IMG/VR virus record: IMGVR_UViG_3300008261_000093
Location: 1 to 52,461 of that record
DNA: 52,461 bases
Source: a virus
Lineage: Duplodnaviria > Caudoviricetes
Reading direction: 5' to 3' (one strand)
The translations under genes were made by a program, and so were the position numbers. The notes under the pieces are model-generated. The model was not told the DNA's origin and did not search any database. It worked only from the letters and a program-made list of their open reading frames with translations. Shown here in pieces: positions 8,177 through 17,552 of the stretch (positions are counted from its first letter, which is position 1; every line of letters starts with the position of its first letter).

Positions 8177-8686
8177 ATGACTGAACTTGAACCGGACCTG
8201 CAGCAGCAGATTGAAACTACACACCCTGAACTAGCCGAGCAACATGAAGAGGCTGAGATTGGGGTATTCCCAACGCTTAAAGACCGAGTCAATGTTCTTA
8301 CCCGCTTAAAACTACTAGGCATCCGAGAAGTAAGAGTCGAGTTTAGTGGAGGGGGCGACGACGGGTCGATCAACAATGTAGAGTGTGTATCCGCAGACAA
8401 TAGCACCATAAGTATTGAGGATGAATGCATCGAAGGATGGGCGACAGAAGGACATCAGACTCACGACGGCAAATGGACATCTGAGATTGTGCGTAAGGAC
8501 ATGGAACTTAGAGACTTACTCGAAGGGATGTGCAACGACGCATTGGAGATATCGAACTTAGATTGGTATAACAACGAGGGAGGTCAGGGGCATTTAATCA
8601 TAGACTTTTCCGAATCGCCACCCAATATCAGGCTTGAAGTGGGTATCAACACAATGCAGACAGACGATCATATGTTTAATCTATAA
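8177..8686 (+). CDS. DUF6878-like acidic protein
   Basis: VRVEFSGGGDDGSI and DWYNNEGGQG motifs (family recalled, not searched). Confidence 0.7.
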   Translation: MTELEPDLQQQIETTHPELAEQHEEAEIGVFPTLKDRVNVLTRLKLLGIREVRVEFSGGGDDGSINNVECVSADNSTISIEDECIEGWATEGHQTHDGKWTSEIVRKDMELRDLLEGMCNDALEISNLDWYNNEGGQGHLIIDFSESPPNIRLEVGINTMQTDDHMFNL

Positions 8687-8695
8687 GGAGAAACC

Positions 8696-9040
8696 ATGCA
8701 TCCATGCCATCATGCATTAACAAGTGTAAAGATGTGGGGCGGTAAACCCGAAGACTATACACAGATACACGATTGGTTTGACGCAACCAAGGAACAATTC
8801 GCTGACGCTAGGCATCGGGCTTTGAGGCATCACAGTCAGGGTATATTCGAATGTGAGCGAGTATTTGGTACAACCATAACCAACTCAGATGGGAAGCTAG
8901 TACCCGTGCGGTACATCGGAGAGCAACATATCAAAGAGGATTGTGGGGGTAGAATCCCTACTGTAGCTGACTGGTTTAGGAACATAAAGATGGAGGTGTG
9001 GATGAATCGAGGATATAAGATTGAGCCTGAAACAGTATGA
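8696..9040 (+). CDS. DUF6915-like His-rich protein
   Basis: MHPCHHA..WGG..IHDWFD..HRALRHH..EQHIKED; AAGGAG SD. Confidence 0.75.
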   Translation: MHPCHHALTSVKMWGGKPEDYTQIHDWFDATKEQFADARHRALRHHSQGIFECERVFGTTITNSDGKLVPVRYIGEQHIKEDCGGRIPTVADWFRNIKMEVWMNRGYKIEPETV

Positions 9041-9225
9041 CCAAGTACACGGCATTCATCGTATTGGTAGTATCCCTAGGTTTTCTTTTTGGGTGTTTGC
9101 TACATATAATTAGGGAAGACTTGAAAGGATTAGATCGTGGCAACACATTACAAGGGAAAACCAATCGAAGGAATACTAAGCGAACTCGCACACGCAGAGG
9201 AAATATTCGATCAGGTCGATCCTGA
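9037..9225 (+). CDS. Small membrane protein
   Basis: ATGA overlap with upstream gene; N-terminal TM helix. Confidence 0.5.
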   Translation: MTKYTAFIVLVVSLGFLFGCLLHIIREDLKGLDRGNTLQGKTNRRNTKRTRTRRGNIRSGRS

Positions 9226-9331
9226 TTCATTAGACCATCAGATGTTTGCTAAGTTGTGTAGAGGTTATGCGTATATTGCCATATCAAAAGCTAAATTAAC
9301 TGCATTACAACGGGAGGATACTAAATCATGA
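9137..9331 (+). CDS. Hypothetical protein
   Basis: AAGGA SD before GTG; stop overlaps next ATG. Confidence 0.55.
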   Translation: MATHYKGKPIEGILSELAHAEEIFDQVDPDSLDHQMFAKLCRGYAYIAISKAKLTALQREDTKS

Positions 9332-9477
9332 ATACATGGGATGTGGTACTTTGGTCGCTTTTAGTAGCGACTTTTTTTACGGCTCTAGCCATCGTGCTGA
9401 CAGGGGCTAATTGGTTTTTTGTTATGAGTTTAGTAGTTACCACGGCATGCATAACATACTTTTTGGGGGAAGCATGA
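9328..9477 (+). CDS. Two-TM small membrane protein, 49 aa (not in ORF track)
   Basis: GGAGG SD; MNTWDVVLWSLLVATFFTALAIVLTGANWFFVMSLVVTTACITYFLGEA; ATGA overlaps at both ends. Confidence 0.65.
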   Translation: MNTWDVVLWSLLVATFFTALAIVLTGANWFFVMSLVVTTACITYFLGEA

Positions 9478-9743
9478 CAACATTTACAACCGAAGATCGG
9501 ATCATGGCACAGGTAATTAATCCAATACAAGATCCAGCTCACATGAAGATAGTAAACAAACTACAAATTGTTGTGAGACTTAAAACCAACTACGGCAGTC
9601 AAGTAATATATCCTACATGTGACAAGGCTAAATTGTTTGCTAAGCTTTTGAATCAAGAGACTCTCACCCCGCTAAACATTCGGGTAATAAAAGAGTTAGG
9701 CTACGAAGTAGTTGTTAAACCATCTGAACCGAGTAGGCTATGA
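9474..9743 (+). CDS. Hypothetical protein
   Basis: Start MTTFTTEDR; NYG...YPTCDKAKLFA motif common in phage early proteins. Confidence 0.7.
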   Translation: MTTFTTEDRIMAQVINPIQDPAHMKIVNKLQIVVRLKTNYGSQVIYPTCDKAKLFAKLLNQETLTPLNIRVIKELGYEVVVKPSEPSRL

Positions 9744-9746
9744 ACG

Positions 9747-9956
9747 ATGCCATCTAAATATATACCGCAGTTTAAGGAAGAAGACGCACGAGCCACAACC
9801 AAGCCGAGAAGGTCTATGACTTTAGAAGAAATCGCCGATGTATTTGGCACAAGTCGTGAACGAATAAGGCAGATAGAACAAAATGCTCTTAGGAAGATTC
9901 GTGGCAGATTAAGAGCAAAGGGTATCGACAACCTTGACGATTACTTACCCGATTAG
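9747..9956 (+). CDS. Sigma70 region-4 type HTH protein
   Basis: [29 protein letters not shown]. Confidence 0.88.
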   Translation: MPSKYIPQFKEEDARATTKPRRSMTLEEIADVFGTSRERIRQIEQNALRKIRGRLRAKGIDNLDDYLPD

Positions 9957-10004
9957 GGTAAGTCCTTACCCAATTAGGGTAAGTCCTACTTAGGGTTTTC
10001 CCTA
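9944..10004. promoter_or_regulatory. Tandem palindromic operator array
   Basis: Two 21-bp repeats CTTACCC-RATTA-GGGTAAGTC (9944-9985) then TAGGGTTTTCCCTA (9991-10004). Confidence 0.65.
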
Positions 10005-10086
10005 GGTGTGAAGTGCAGTAGGGTATATACCATTGGTATATACCTTTTCTTTTTATCAATGTATTACTAACTTACTGAAAGGCATT

Positions 10087-11070
10087 ATGAAATTCTCTGA
10101 CATAAAACACTCCATCGTTACTCAGTTCAACACAACTAATTCAGTTGTTCCCTATATTGAGGGTGCACCTGGGGGCGGTAAGTCTGCACTTGCCAAACTT
10201 ATTGGTAAGGAGTTGGGCTTTGACCGAGTTGAAATGTTCTTTGCATCGTTGCGTGACCCCGTCGATTTGCTCGGCACACCGAACAATGATGGCGAGGTGA
10301 CTACATGGAAACCACCTGAGGAGTTCCATGCACTACAAACTGGTCGCAATCTTTTGATTCTCGAAGAACTTTCTGACGCTGTTACGCCGATGCAGAATGC
10401 ATTGTGTGGTCTGATTTTCGAGCGGAGAGTCGGTCGGGTTCACCTATCACCGCAGACGCACATCATTGCAACGGGCAACCGAACCAAAGACAAGTCGGGT
10501 GCAAACCGAATCGTGTCTAAATTGCGTGGTCGTGTCCGCACATTCGACTATGTCGAGAACATCGACGATTGGTCTGAGTGGGCTTTGATGAACGACATCG
10601 ATCCCGTATTGATTCAGTTCTTGCGTTTTAGACCTGACTTACTCTCAGCGTTTGACCCCGATAAGATTTGCCCAACTCCTCGTAACTGGGAGCGTGTGAA
10701 TCAGATTCCTACTGACTTGTCCACCGAAATCTATTTTGGTAATGTGGCTGGCGATGTGGGCGAGGGTGCGGCGGCTGAGTACACGGGCTTTCGTCGTATC
10801 TATGAAAACTTACCGAATGTCGATGGCATCTTGATGAACCCAAGCAAAGCGGAAGTTCCCAAAGATCCCGCAGTTCTGTATGCCTTGACTGGTGCGTTAG
10901 CACATAAAACATCTAAGGATAACTTTGACAGAGTCTCCGAGTATATCGACAGACTTACCCCTGAGTTCCAAGTGATGTGCGTGTCTGATGCGATGAAGTT
11001 AAAGCCTGAAATCAAAACAACCAAAGCGTTTGTGAATTGGGCGGTTAAAAACTCAAATGTAATGATCTAA
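10087..11070 (+). CDS. MoxR-like AAA+ ATPase
   Basis: Walker A GAPGGGKS, Walker B LILEE, IIATGN sensor, TPRNWE. Confidence 0.9.
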   Translation: MKFSDIKHSIVTQFNTTNSVVPYIEGAPGGGKSALAKLIGKELGFDRVEMFFASLRDPVDLLGTPNNDGEVTTWKPPEEFHALQTGRNLLILEELSDAVTPMQNALCGLIFERRVGRVHLSPQTHIIATGNRTKDKSGANRIVSKLRGRVRTFDYVENIDDWSEWALMNDIDPVLIQFLRFRPDLLSAFDPDKICPTPRNWERVNQIPTDLSTEIYFGNVAGDVGEGAAAEYTGFRRIYENLPNVDGILMNPSKAEVPKDPAVLYALTGALAHKTSKDNFDRVSEYIDRLTPEFQVMCVSDAMKLKPEIKTTKAFVNWAVKNSNVMI

Positions 11071-11079
11071 GGAGGATTT

Positions 11080-11328
11080 ATGTTTTGGAATTGTAGAGTC
11101 GTAGTCGTACACGAACCTGAAGACGAAACCGATGAAGCACTAATGGAAGTATGCGAAGTCTTCTATAACGAGAAGAATGAACCATGCGGATATAGTGAAA
11201 CATCAGCAATGAGCGAAACTCTTGAAGGCTTAACTGAGCACTTAGAGCGTATGAAAGATGCTTTGGCTCTACCCGTGTTAAGGCAGTCTGACTTTGTCGG
11301 GCGGTTTGAAGATGAGGAGTTGCACTAA
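11080..11328 (+). CDS. Hypothetical protein
   Basis: GGAGG SD; WNCRVV...EVFYNE motif. Confidence 0.75.
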   Translation: MFWNCRVVVVHEPEDETDEALMEVCEVFYNEKNEPCGYSETSAMSETLEGLTEHLERMKDALALPVLRQSDFVGRFEDEELH

Positions 11329-11837
11329 TGGGATGCGACATTCACATGATGGTCGAGAAGAAAGTCAAGACCGAAAAACACGGAGAAGTATGGGCGACAG
11401 TCAATACATTGGGTGCAGTATTTCCTGATGGTTTGTCTCGTGCTTCTGAATTAAAAAGAGATACACCATTTGGTTATTACTATCGTGCCGAGGACAGAAA
11501 CTACGAGTTCTTTGCTGACTTAGCGTGTGTTCGAGGTGAGGGCGAATATCAAGAGAGGGGTTTACCCGATAATGTATCGCCACTTTTCTTGAACTGCGTA
11601 GAGTCGTGGGGTATTGACGGACATTCTCATTCTTACCTATATGCTGACGAGTTTATTCCCCTGTATGTTAAGCACAAGTTTACACAAAACGAAAAGGCTG
11701 AACATGCGGTGAATAGAATTGAAGGCATAAGTAGTGTAGAAACTTTCCACTTAATTATGGAGAAGCATTTCAACATAACGACGCGGGAAGAAGATAATCC
11801 ACGAGATTATCGATTTGTATTTTTCTTTGACAACTAA
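11328..11837 (+). CDS. Conserved phage protein (MGCDIH...FFFDN family)
   Basis: MGCDIH, RNYEFFADLACVR, DGHSHSYL, RFVFFFDN. Confidence 0.8.
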   Translation: MGCDIHMMVEKKVKTEKHGEVWATVNTLGAVFPDGLSRASELKRDTPFGYYYRAEDRNYEFFADLACVRGEGEYQERGLPDNVSPLFLNCVESWGIDGHSHSYLYADEFIPLYVKHKFTQNEKAEHAVNRIEGISSVETFHLIMEKHFNITTREEDNPRDYRFVFFFDN

Positions 11838-11855
11838 CTAACTTACGGAGGACTT

Positions 11856-12419
11856 ATGGCTAAAGTAGAGCCAAAAATTATTACAGACAAGTACGAAATA
11901 ATGCGTAAGAACACACCAGCATTTGCTTCATGTGAGATTACGTGGGACACAAGCAAGCTGACTAAGATTACTAAAAATCGTGTGATCAATGCACTTAATT
12001 CAGGGTCAATTAACTTTCGTTGTGGTGATGCGGCGGCTATGTATCACGAAGTTCGTAAACGATTTGAGATACCTGAGTTTATTTTGACTAAGCCTAAACC
12101 GAAAAAAGGCTATGTTCAAAATGGCTATCTAAATTGGGAGTTCGCTACAGATAAACTTATGCTTGCTCTTGACCGAGTGTATAAGGCTGAACGGGCTATT
12201 CAGCGTATGGAAAGTCAACACGGATTGCCTTGGTACTTAGAGGGAGAAGATCTAAAACAACAGGATAGAGAATATTTTTACTTTGAAAATAATCACGACC
12301 TGACCGAGGTTGAAGAAGCAATTGCTGAAATCGTGGGCAGTCCTGAAGTTCGGGACAAGCGGGAACAAGCAATACATTTTATAGAATCAGGCGGTAAATT
12401 TACATTCACATGGAGGTAA
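11856..12419 (+). CDS. Hypothetical protein
   Basis: GGAGG SD, 187 aa. Confidence 0.75.
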   Translation: MAKVEPKIITDKYEIMRKNTPAFASCEITWDTSKLTKITKNRVINALNSGSINFRCGDAAAMYHEVRKRFEIPEFILTKPKPKKGYVQNGYLNWEFATDKLMLALDRVYKAERAIQRMESQHGLPWYLEGEDLKQQDREYFYFENNHDLTEVEEAIAEIVGSPEVRDKREQAIHFIESGGKFTFTWR

Positions 12420-13303
12420 TGATGCAGATAACTAAACTATCTGAGAAGGCAATGTTGGTCAAGTTGACCATGCGTAGGGCAAACCTAACCAAACGGGATA
12501 CCTATGCGGAGAATATGATTCAGCAACAATTAGATGACACAAGTTTGATCGTGAACTCGAAGTTGTTTAGGGACAAGGCAAACCCAATTAACAAAATTAT
12601 GTCAGCGGCGAATGAGGTTTACTCTGAGCACAAGCGACGCACCTTGAGTTGGGCAGACAAAGGCCCTAGGGTTTTACCTAATAGTCAGTACATGGAATAC
12701 ACGCAGATAATGAGGGATAAGATCTCTCAGGTGGATACTATGATGCAAACTTACTTACCCAATTACGATACCTTTGTACAACAAGACATTGCGTATCGTA
12801 GCAAAGCACCCAATGCTAGGGCTAAGACTGACGACTATCCAACAGTCAATGAGTTCCAAGCAAAGATGGGATTTGATTTGAAGTTTATGCCCATGCCAGA
12901 TAAACGGCACTTCCTGTTTGACTTATCTGAGGATGATGAGAAAGCGTTTGACGAACTGATGAATGATGTACAGGTAGCCACACGCAACGAGACTATCGAG
13001 AAGATGCTAGATCCACTTGCCAAGTTGGTGGATAAGTTGAACACACCGATTGGTGCAGATGGTGCGATATTCCGTGACTCAGCGGTTGAGAACATCATCG
13101 AGGGTATTGACATAGCACGCAAGCTAACACTTGATGAAAGCCCCGAAGTCAAGCAATTGACTGACGAGTTGAACCGAGAGATCAGTAAGTATGCCGAGCA
13201 TATGAACTGGTTGCGTGAGTCTCCAATCGTGCGTGAACAAGCGGCTAAGAAGTTAAGCGACATCGCATCTCAGATGAGTGCATTCATGGGAGTACCAGCA
13301 TGA
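12410..13303 (+). CDS. Helical protein commonly found with phage AAA/vWA genes (DUF3150-like)
   Basis: 297 aa; LSEKAMLVKL, DDYPT, IFRDS motifs; start probably at MMQ after GGAGG. Confidence 0.65.
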   Translation: MEVMMQITKLSEKAMLVKLTMRRANLTKRDTYAENMIQQQLDDTSLIVNSKLFRDKANPINKIMSAANEVYSEHKRRTLSWADKGPRVLPNSQYMEYTQIMRDKISQVDTMMQTYLPNYDTFVQQDIAYRSKAPNARAKTDDYPTVNEFQAKMGFDLKFMPMPDKRHFLFDLSEDDEKAFDELMNDVQVATRNETIEKMLDPLAKLVDKLNTPIGADGAIFRDSAVENIIEGIDIARKLTLDESPEVKQLTDELNREISKYAEHMNWLRESPIVREQAAKKLSDIASQMSAFMGVPA

Positions 13304-13533
13304 CAGAACTAGAGATATGTTTGGTTGTATATGGGATGGCGGTAACATCCTTTGCAATACATTACTTTCTAAAGTTTAAGCAGGCAGTTTTTGTGGGGGT
13401 CATGATGACTCGTTCACTTATAGGTGTAGCAACAGGTAATGTAGAAGTAAGTATTACAGCAGATGGAAATCTTAAAATCACTGACTTAGAGGATGAAAAT
13501 GGCAAACCAAGTAAGCAAGATAGACAAAGCTAA
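13300..13533 (+). CDS. Small membrane protein
   Basis: N-terminal TM segment; ATGA overlap. Confidence 0.65.
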   Translation: MTELEICLVVYGMAVTSFAIHYFLKFKQAVFVGVMMTRSLIGVATGNVEVSITADGNLKITDLEDENGKPSKQDRQS

Positions 13534-14659
13534 AGCACAGATTGTTTTAGACCACCCGTTCTTTGCGAGTATCTTACTCAAGAAGCAACTCAAAGCGGAC
13601 AACACTATTCCAACATTGCAAGTCGATGCACGGGGTAACATCTCATACAACGAGAAGTTCATTGAGGGCTTGACTGTTCCGCAAGTAGTATGGGGTTTGT
13701 GTCACGAGATCGGACACGTAATCGCTCAGCATGCGATGCGTCGTAAACATCGTGATGCATTCAAGTGGAACTACGCAGGCGATGCATGGATTAACGACAT
13801 GCTAGATGATGCTAAAGTGGGTCAGCGTATCGAAGGCACAGTTGATATGCAAGGCAGTAAAGATAAAACCACCGAGGCTATTTACGATAGCCTCCCACCT
13901 GAACCACCGAAAGGTAAGAAGGGTCAGGGGCAAGGCGGTAGCGGTGATGGTGATGAAAGCGATAAGTGGGACAACGGCTTAGGCAACGACATCAAAGACG
14001 AGGATCTTACTGAGTCTGAGATGAAAGAGATCGAGGCAAATGCCAAGGTTGATATTGCACAAGCGGCTCAAGCAGCGAAAGCACGAGGCAAGTTAAGCGG
14101 TAAGCTGGCTGATATCGTAGCAGATATTATCAATGTCAAGACCCCGTGGTATGAGATCCTCGAACGCTACATGACAAGCAAGACCAAGCAAGACTACACA
14201 TGGACTAGACCTAATCGTAGATTCATCGGCTTGGATTTGTATCTCCCAAGTATGGGGACTGAGCCTTGCATGGGCGAGGTAGTCTTTCAGGTTGACATCT
14301 CAGGTTCAATTAGCAAACAGGAGATTGACTACGCTAACGGACATATATCTCGAATCATGAAGACATGCAATCCATCTAAGGTTCACGTTATCTACACCGA
14401 TACCGAGGTTAAACATCATGAGATATTTGAACAAGGTCAGGAAGTTAAGATCTCGTTCTATTCGGGTGGTGGTACTCATATGCCAGCAGGCTTTGATTAT
14501 TGTGTAGAACATAACATCGATCCTGAGGTGTTCGTGTGTTTGACTGACGGCTATACGGACTTTGGTGAGCAACCTGACTTTCCAGTTGTATGGTGTATCA
14601 GTTCAGATGTAGAAGCACCATTTGGCGAGAACGTACACTTTGAAATGGAGAAACAATGA
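13493..14659 (+). CDS. Metallopeptidase-vWA protein (DUF2201-like)
   Basis: HEIGH zinc motif; MIDAS DISGS, GGGT, LTDG. Confidence 0.9.
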   Translation: MKMANQVSKIDKAKAQIVLDHPFFASILLKKQLKADNTIPTLQVDARGNISYNEKFIEGLTVPQVVWGLCHEIGHVIAQHAMRRKHRDAFKWNYAGDAWINDMLDDAKVGQRIEGTVDMQGSKDKTTEAIYDSLPPEPPKGKKGQGQGGSGDGDESDKWDNGLGNDIKDEDLTESEMKEIEANAKVDIAQAAQAAKARGKLSGKLADIVADIINVKTPWYEILERYMTSKTKQDYTWTRPNRRFIGLDLYLPSMGTEPCMGEVVFQVDISGSISKQEIDYANGHISRIMKTCNPSKVHVIYTDTEVKHHEIFEQGQEVKISFYSGGGTHMPAGFDYCVEHNIDPEVFVCLTDGYTDFGEQPDFPVVWCISSDVEAPFGENVHFEMEKQ

Positions 14660-14868
14660 ACGAAGATCCATTTGCTAACATACCATCACACCCAGATCCG
14701 CAGTTAATTATCAGCAAACTTATTACAAAAAACAACAATATAGTCAATGACTTATACCTTGAGAGAGCGAAGCATCATCAGCTAAAAGACTACATAGACT
14801 CTAAGGGATTGTACGAAGACTTTATTGCATGGAAAGTAGGTAGACGAATGGAGGGTAAAAATGATTAG
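14656..14868 (+). CDS. Hypothetical protein
   Basis: GGAG SD; ATGA overlap. Confidence 0.65.
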   Translation: MNEDPFANIPSHPDPQLIISKLITKNNNIVNDLYLERAKHHQLKDYIDSKGLYEDFIAWKVGRRMEGKND

Positions 14869-14977
14869 TTTATTAACGGCATATGTATTAGCGGCAGGCG
14901 AAGCAAGTTGGTATTGGTGGGCATTTTGGGTAGTACTTGCATTCGTTGAGTTTATAAAATTTATAGAAAGAAACTAA
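14861..14977 (+). CDS. Small Trp-rich membrane protein, 38 aa (not in ORF track)
   Basis: GGAGG SD; MISLLTAYVLAAGEASWYWWAFWVVLAFVEFIKFIERN. Confidence 0.6.
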   Translation: MISLLTAYVLAAGEASWYWWAFWVVLAFVEFIKFIERN

Positions 14978-15550
14978 ATGGAACTTACTGACGAACACAA
15001 AGAACTAATAGAAAAGCACAGAGATATAAATGTAGACCACGAATGGTGGGATTTTACCTACGAGATGTGGGCTGAGAAGCTAATCGAAAAAGGTATCGAA
15101 CCTGATAACTTTAGATTTACGGGCTTTTACTCACAAGGTGATGGCGCATCGTTTGAGGGCAAACTAAACCTTCTACAGTTTTTAAAATCACATAACCTTA
15201 CGATGGAGTACCCTGCGGCAACATTCTTTGCAGATGATTTGCTAACAGCAAGATTGTTTAGATGTGCAAGTCGTTACTCTCATGAAAACACAATAGATAT
15301 TAGTACATCTTTTAATGACTACAACGACTACGCCGAAGAGGATTTGCGACATGATGTTTATAACACCATGCGTGACGAACTCAACGACGAGACAAACGAA
15401 TTAGAGGAAACCCTAATTGACATCTGTCGTGGATATATGAGAGCCTTGTACTCCGATCTACGCAAAGAGTATGAGCATTTAACAAGTGATGAAGCAGTAT
15501 GGGAAACCATAGTAGCAAACGATTTACACAACGAAGAAGTAACTTACTAA
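14978..15550 (+). CDS. Conserved acidic phage protein
   Basis: FTGFYSQGDGASFEG and LRKEYEHLTSDEAV motifs. Confidence 0.75.
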   Translation: MELTDEHKELIEKHRDINVDHEWWDFTYEMWAEKLIEKGIEPDNFRFTGFYSQGDGASFEGKLNLLQFLKSHNLTMEYPAATFFADDLLTARLFRCASRYSHENTIDISTSFNDYNDYAEEDLRHDVYNTMRDELNDETNELEETLIDICRGYMRALYSDLRKEYEHLTSDEAVWETIVANDLHNEEVTY

Positions 15551-15567
15551 CTAAAAGGAGAAGTAAC

Positions 15568-16218
15568 ATGGCATTTGTAGGCATATCAAAAGACTTTATG
15601 GAGCGGGTCAAAACTAAGATTAACAGCATGCACTTTGCAGAAACCAAGAGCCTAGGGGAGATTCCGACTATATCAATTACTGATCGTGAACCTTGGGTAC
15701 TTAAATCATTATGGGGTGATCATACACATCTAGTAGATCAGATGCCTGAGAAATGGATGAACAAACTTGAAGAAGTTAGGCTAAGAGTTGAGATCAACAA
15801 TCCTGATCTTGTTGACAAAGCAGATAGGAATTTTAGTTTTAAAGTTAAACCCCCTTCAAAAATTGTCGCTCCTCCTAATTTCGATTGGTATCAAGAAAGT
15901 TCTGTTCCAGCAGACTGCCCTCAGATTGCGCCCATCGTAGAGTATGCGATTAAGTTCAAAGAAATCCAAGTGCGTTGGTCTAATGTTCTACGTGAAGTCA
16001 CTGAGTTCTTGCATGCATGTAAGTCAGCTAACGAAGCAGTCAAGCTATGGCCTGACATCAAGATGTACTTTGACCAGCATGACATTGATCGTCTTGAAAT
16101 AAAGGTCGCACGTAGTGGAACTGCCGAATCTGAAGCGGCTAAGAAGCTGGCCACATTAGATACAACTAGCTTAACAAGTGCGGCGGTAATCGCCCGGATG
16201 TCGGGAGCTACAGTCTAA
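15568..16218 (+). CDS. Hypothetical protein (C-terminus resembles Nmad5 domain)
   Basis: AAGGAG SD before ATG 15568; FLHACKSANEAVKLWP motif. Confidence 0.65.
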   Translation: MAFVGISKDFMERVKTKINSMHFAETKSLGEIPTISITDREPWVLKSLWGDHTHLVDQMPEKWMNKLEEVRLRVEINNPDLVDKADRNFSFKVKPPSKIVAPPNFDWYQESSVPADCPQIAPIVEYAIKFKEIQVRWSNVLREVTEFLHACKSANEAVKLWPDIKMYFDQHDIDRLEIKVARSGTAESEAAKKLATLDTTSLTSAAVIARMSGATV

Positions 16219-16383
16219 ATGCAATACAAGTATTTAATTCATGACGAAGAAGGAGAACATATGCGTTGGGTATGTACTAAAGCTGAGGCAGAAGAAATCG
16301 TATCTGTACGGGAGGGGTGGGGGTTTACCTATCATCAACCTCCGTCAGCCAAAAAACCTACGTTTGAGGAGGCACCATTTTGA
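16219..16383 (+). CDS. Hypothetical 54-aa protein (not in ORF track)
   Basis: GGGAG SD; MQYKYLIHDEEGEHMRWV...EEAPF. Confidence 0.65.
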   Translation: MQYKYLIHDEEGEHMRWVCTKAEAEEIVSVREGWGFTYHQPPSAKKPTFEEAPF

Positions 16384-16589
16384 AAGACGACACAAAAACC
16401 CGCTTAACTCGCATAGAGTCTAGGCTTGTTCAAATCATGCTACACCTTGGCATGGATCCTTATAGAAAGATGTACGAAGCAGATGCTAACCAACCACATA
16501 ATCCAGACCCAACAAGTTTTAGCTTTGATTCACAAAGCGGAGGCAGTCAACAAGCGGTTAAAAGACGACCACCTCCAATCCTTGATTAG
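16380..16589 (+). CDS. Hypothetical protein
   Basis: GAGGAGG SD before TTG; RLTRIESRLVQIMLHLG. Confidence 0.6.
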   Translation: MKDDTKTRLTRIESRLVQIMLHLGMDPYRKMYEADANQPHNPDPTSFSFDSQSGGSQQAVKRRPPPILD

Positions 16590-16728
16590 TTCATGTGTAT
16601 CTATTTTAGTCTTACACCTAAGAAATCCATCCCCAAGAGTTACGCTTCAACAGCTGCGGATTATAAATAGGTTGCGTGAACAAGTGGAAGCTGATAATAT
16701 ACACACCTCATTACAACAGGAGATATAA
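16483..16728 (+). CDS. Hypothetical protein
   Basis: Fills the gap to the next gene; overlaps the upstream ORF tail by ~107 nt. Confidence 0.5.
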   Translation: MLTNHIIQTQQVLALIHKAEAVNKRLKDDHLQSLISSCVSILVLHLRNPSPRVTLQQLRIINRLREQVEADNIHTSLQQEI

Positions 16729-16730
16729 CA

Positions 16731-16967
16731 ATGAGTACATGGGAAGCAACAAATAAACTAGAAACACTAGTTTATAAAGTATCAAATGCCGCAGATGTAT
16801 TAGAGATAATTGCGGTTGAAGCGGAAGACCCTATATCAGGGGCTCTTTGGTGTGTACGAGACACTTTAAAATCTTTGGCCACGGAGTATGAACGTGAAGT
16901 AGAAGAACTTTATCGACTATCTTCACAAGAAAAAAAAGCTGAGAAACCAAAGAAGGAAAAGAAATGA
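16731..16967 (+). CDS. Hypothetical protein
   Basis: AGGAG SD. Confidence 0.75.
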   Translation: MSTWEATNKLETLVYKVSNAADVLEIIAVEAEDPISGALWCVRDTLKSLATEYEREVEELYRLSSQEKKAEKPKKEKK

Positions 16968-17149
16968 TTACAGTAAAAAAGTGTGTAGAACATAAAGATG
17001 GTTCAGCCACGGCTACATTTCATTTTGACAAAGAAGACCATGCAGTAATCTTGCGCCATGGTTTAGTAGCCTTACTTACACTTGGGGTTAAGATGTACAA
17101 ACCCAAACTAAACAAAAAAGCAGTTAAAATAACCAAAAGAGCAAAGTGA
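16964..17149 (+). CDS. Hypothetical protein
   Basis: ATGA overlap; EHKDGSAT motif. Confidence 0.7.
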   Translation: MITVKKCVEHKDGSATATFHFDKEDHAVILRHGLVALLTLGVKMYKPKLNKKAVKITKRAK

Positions 17150-17361
17150 ATTTTGTTAAATGGTCAGGAACAATCTTATGTTTGGTAGGCATTGGCTTTA
17201 CGAGCTTCAATATATACCCGATAAACATTTTCCTCAGTTTGATTGGTAGCGGATTATGGACATACGCTGGCTATAAACAGTCTGACTTTGCTTTATTTTT
17301 GGTAGAACTGGTTGCAGTTCTTTTTTATTTAGTAGGCGCAATTACTTGGGCATTGAAATGA
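17146..17361 (+). CDS. Small three-TM membrane protein
   Basis: KWSGT...YPINIFL...W hydrophobic pattern. Confidence 0.7.
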   Translation: MNFVKWSGTILCLVGIGFTSFNIYPINIFLSLIGSGLWTYAGYKQSDFALFLVELVAVLFYLVGAITWALK

Positions 17362-17552
17362 TTGATTACGCAGAATATGCATTAAAAATTAAAAAATTAG
17401 AAAAAGAAATTCATAACTTAGTTTTAAAACGAAAATATAAAGAAGCAGAATTATTGGCAACTGAGTTAGTAGTTGAAGCAAGGCAAATGCGAATATGGCT
17501 AATTCATACACAGGAGATTATTAATGAGTCGAATAGTAACGTTAGACTTTGA
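17358..17552 (+). CDS. Hypothetical protein
   Basis: MIDYAEY start overlapping upstream stop. Confidence 0.7.
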   Translation: MIDYAEYALKIKKLEKEIHNLVLKRKYKEAELLATELVVEARQMRIWLIHTQEIINESNSNVRL

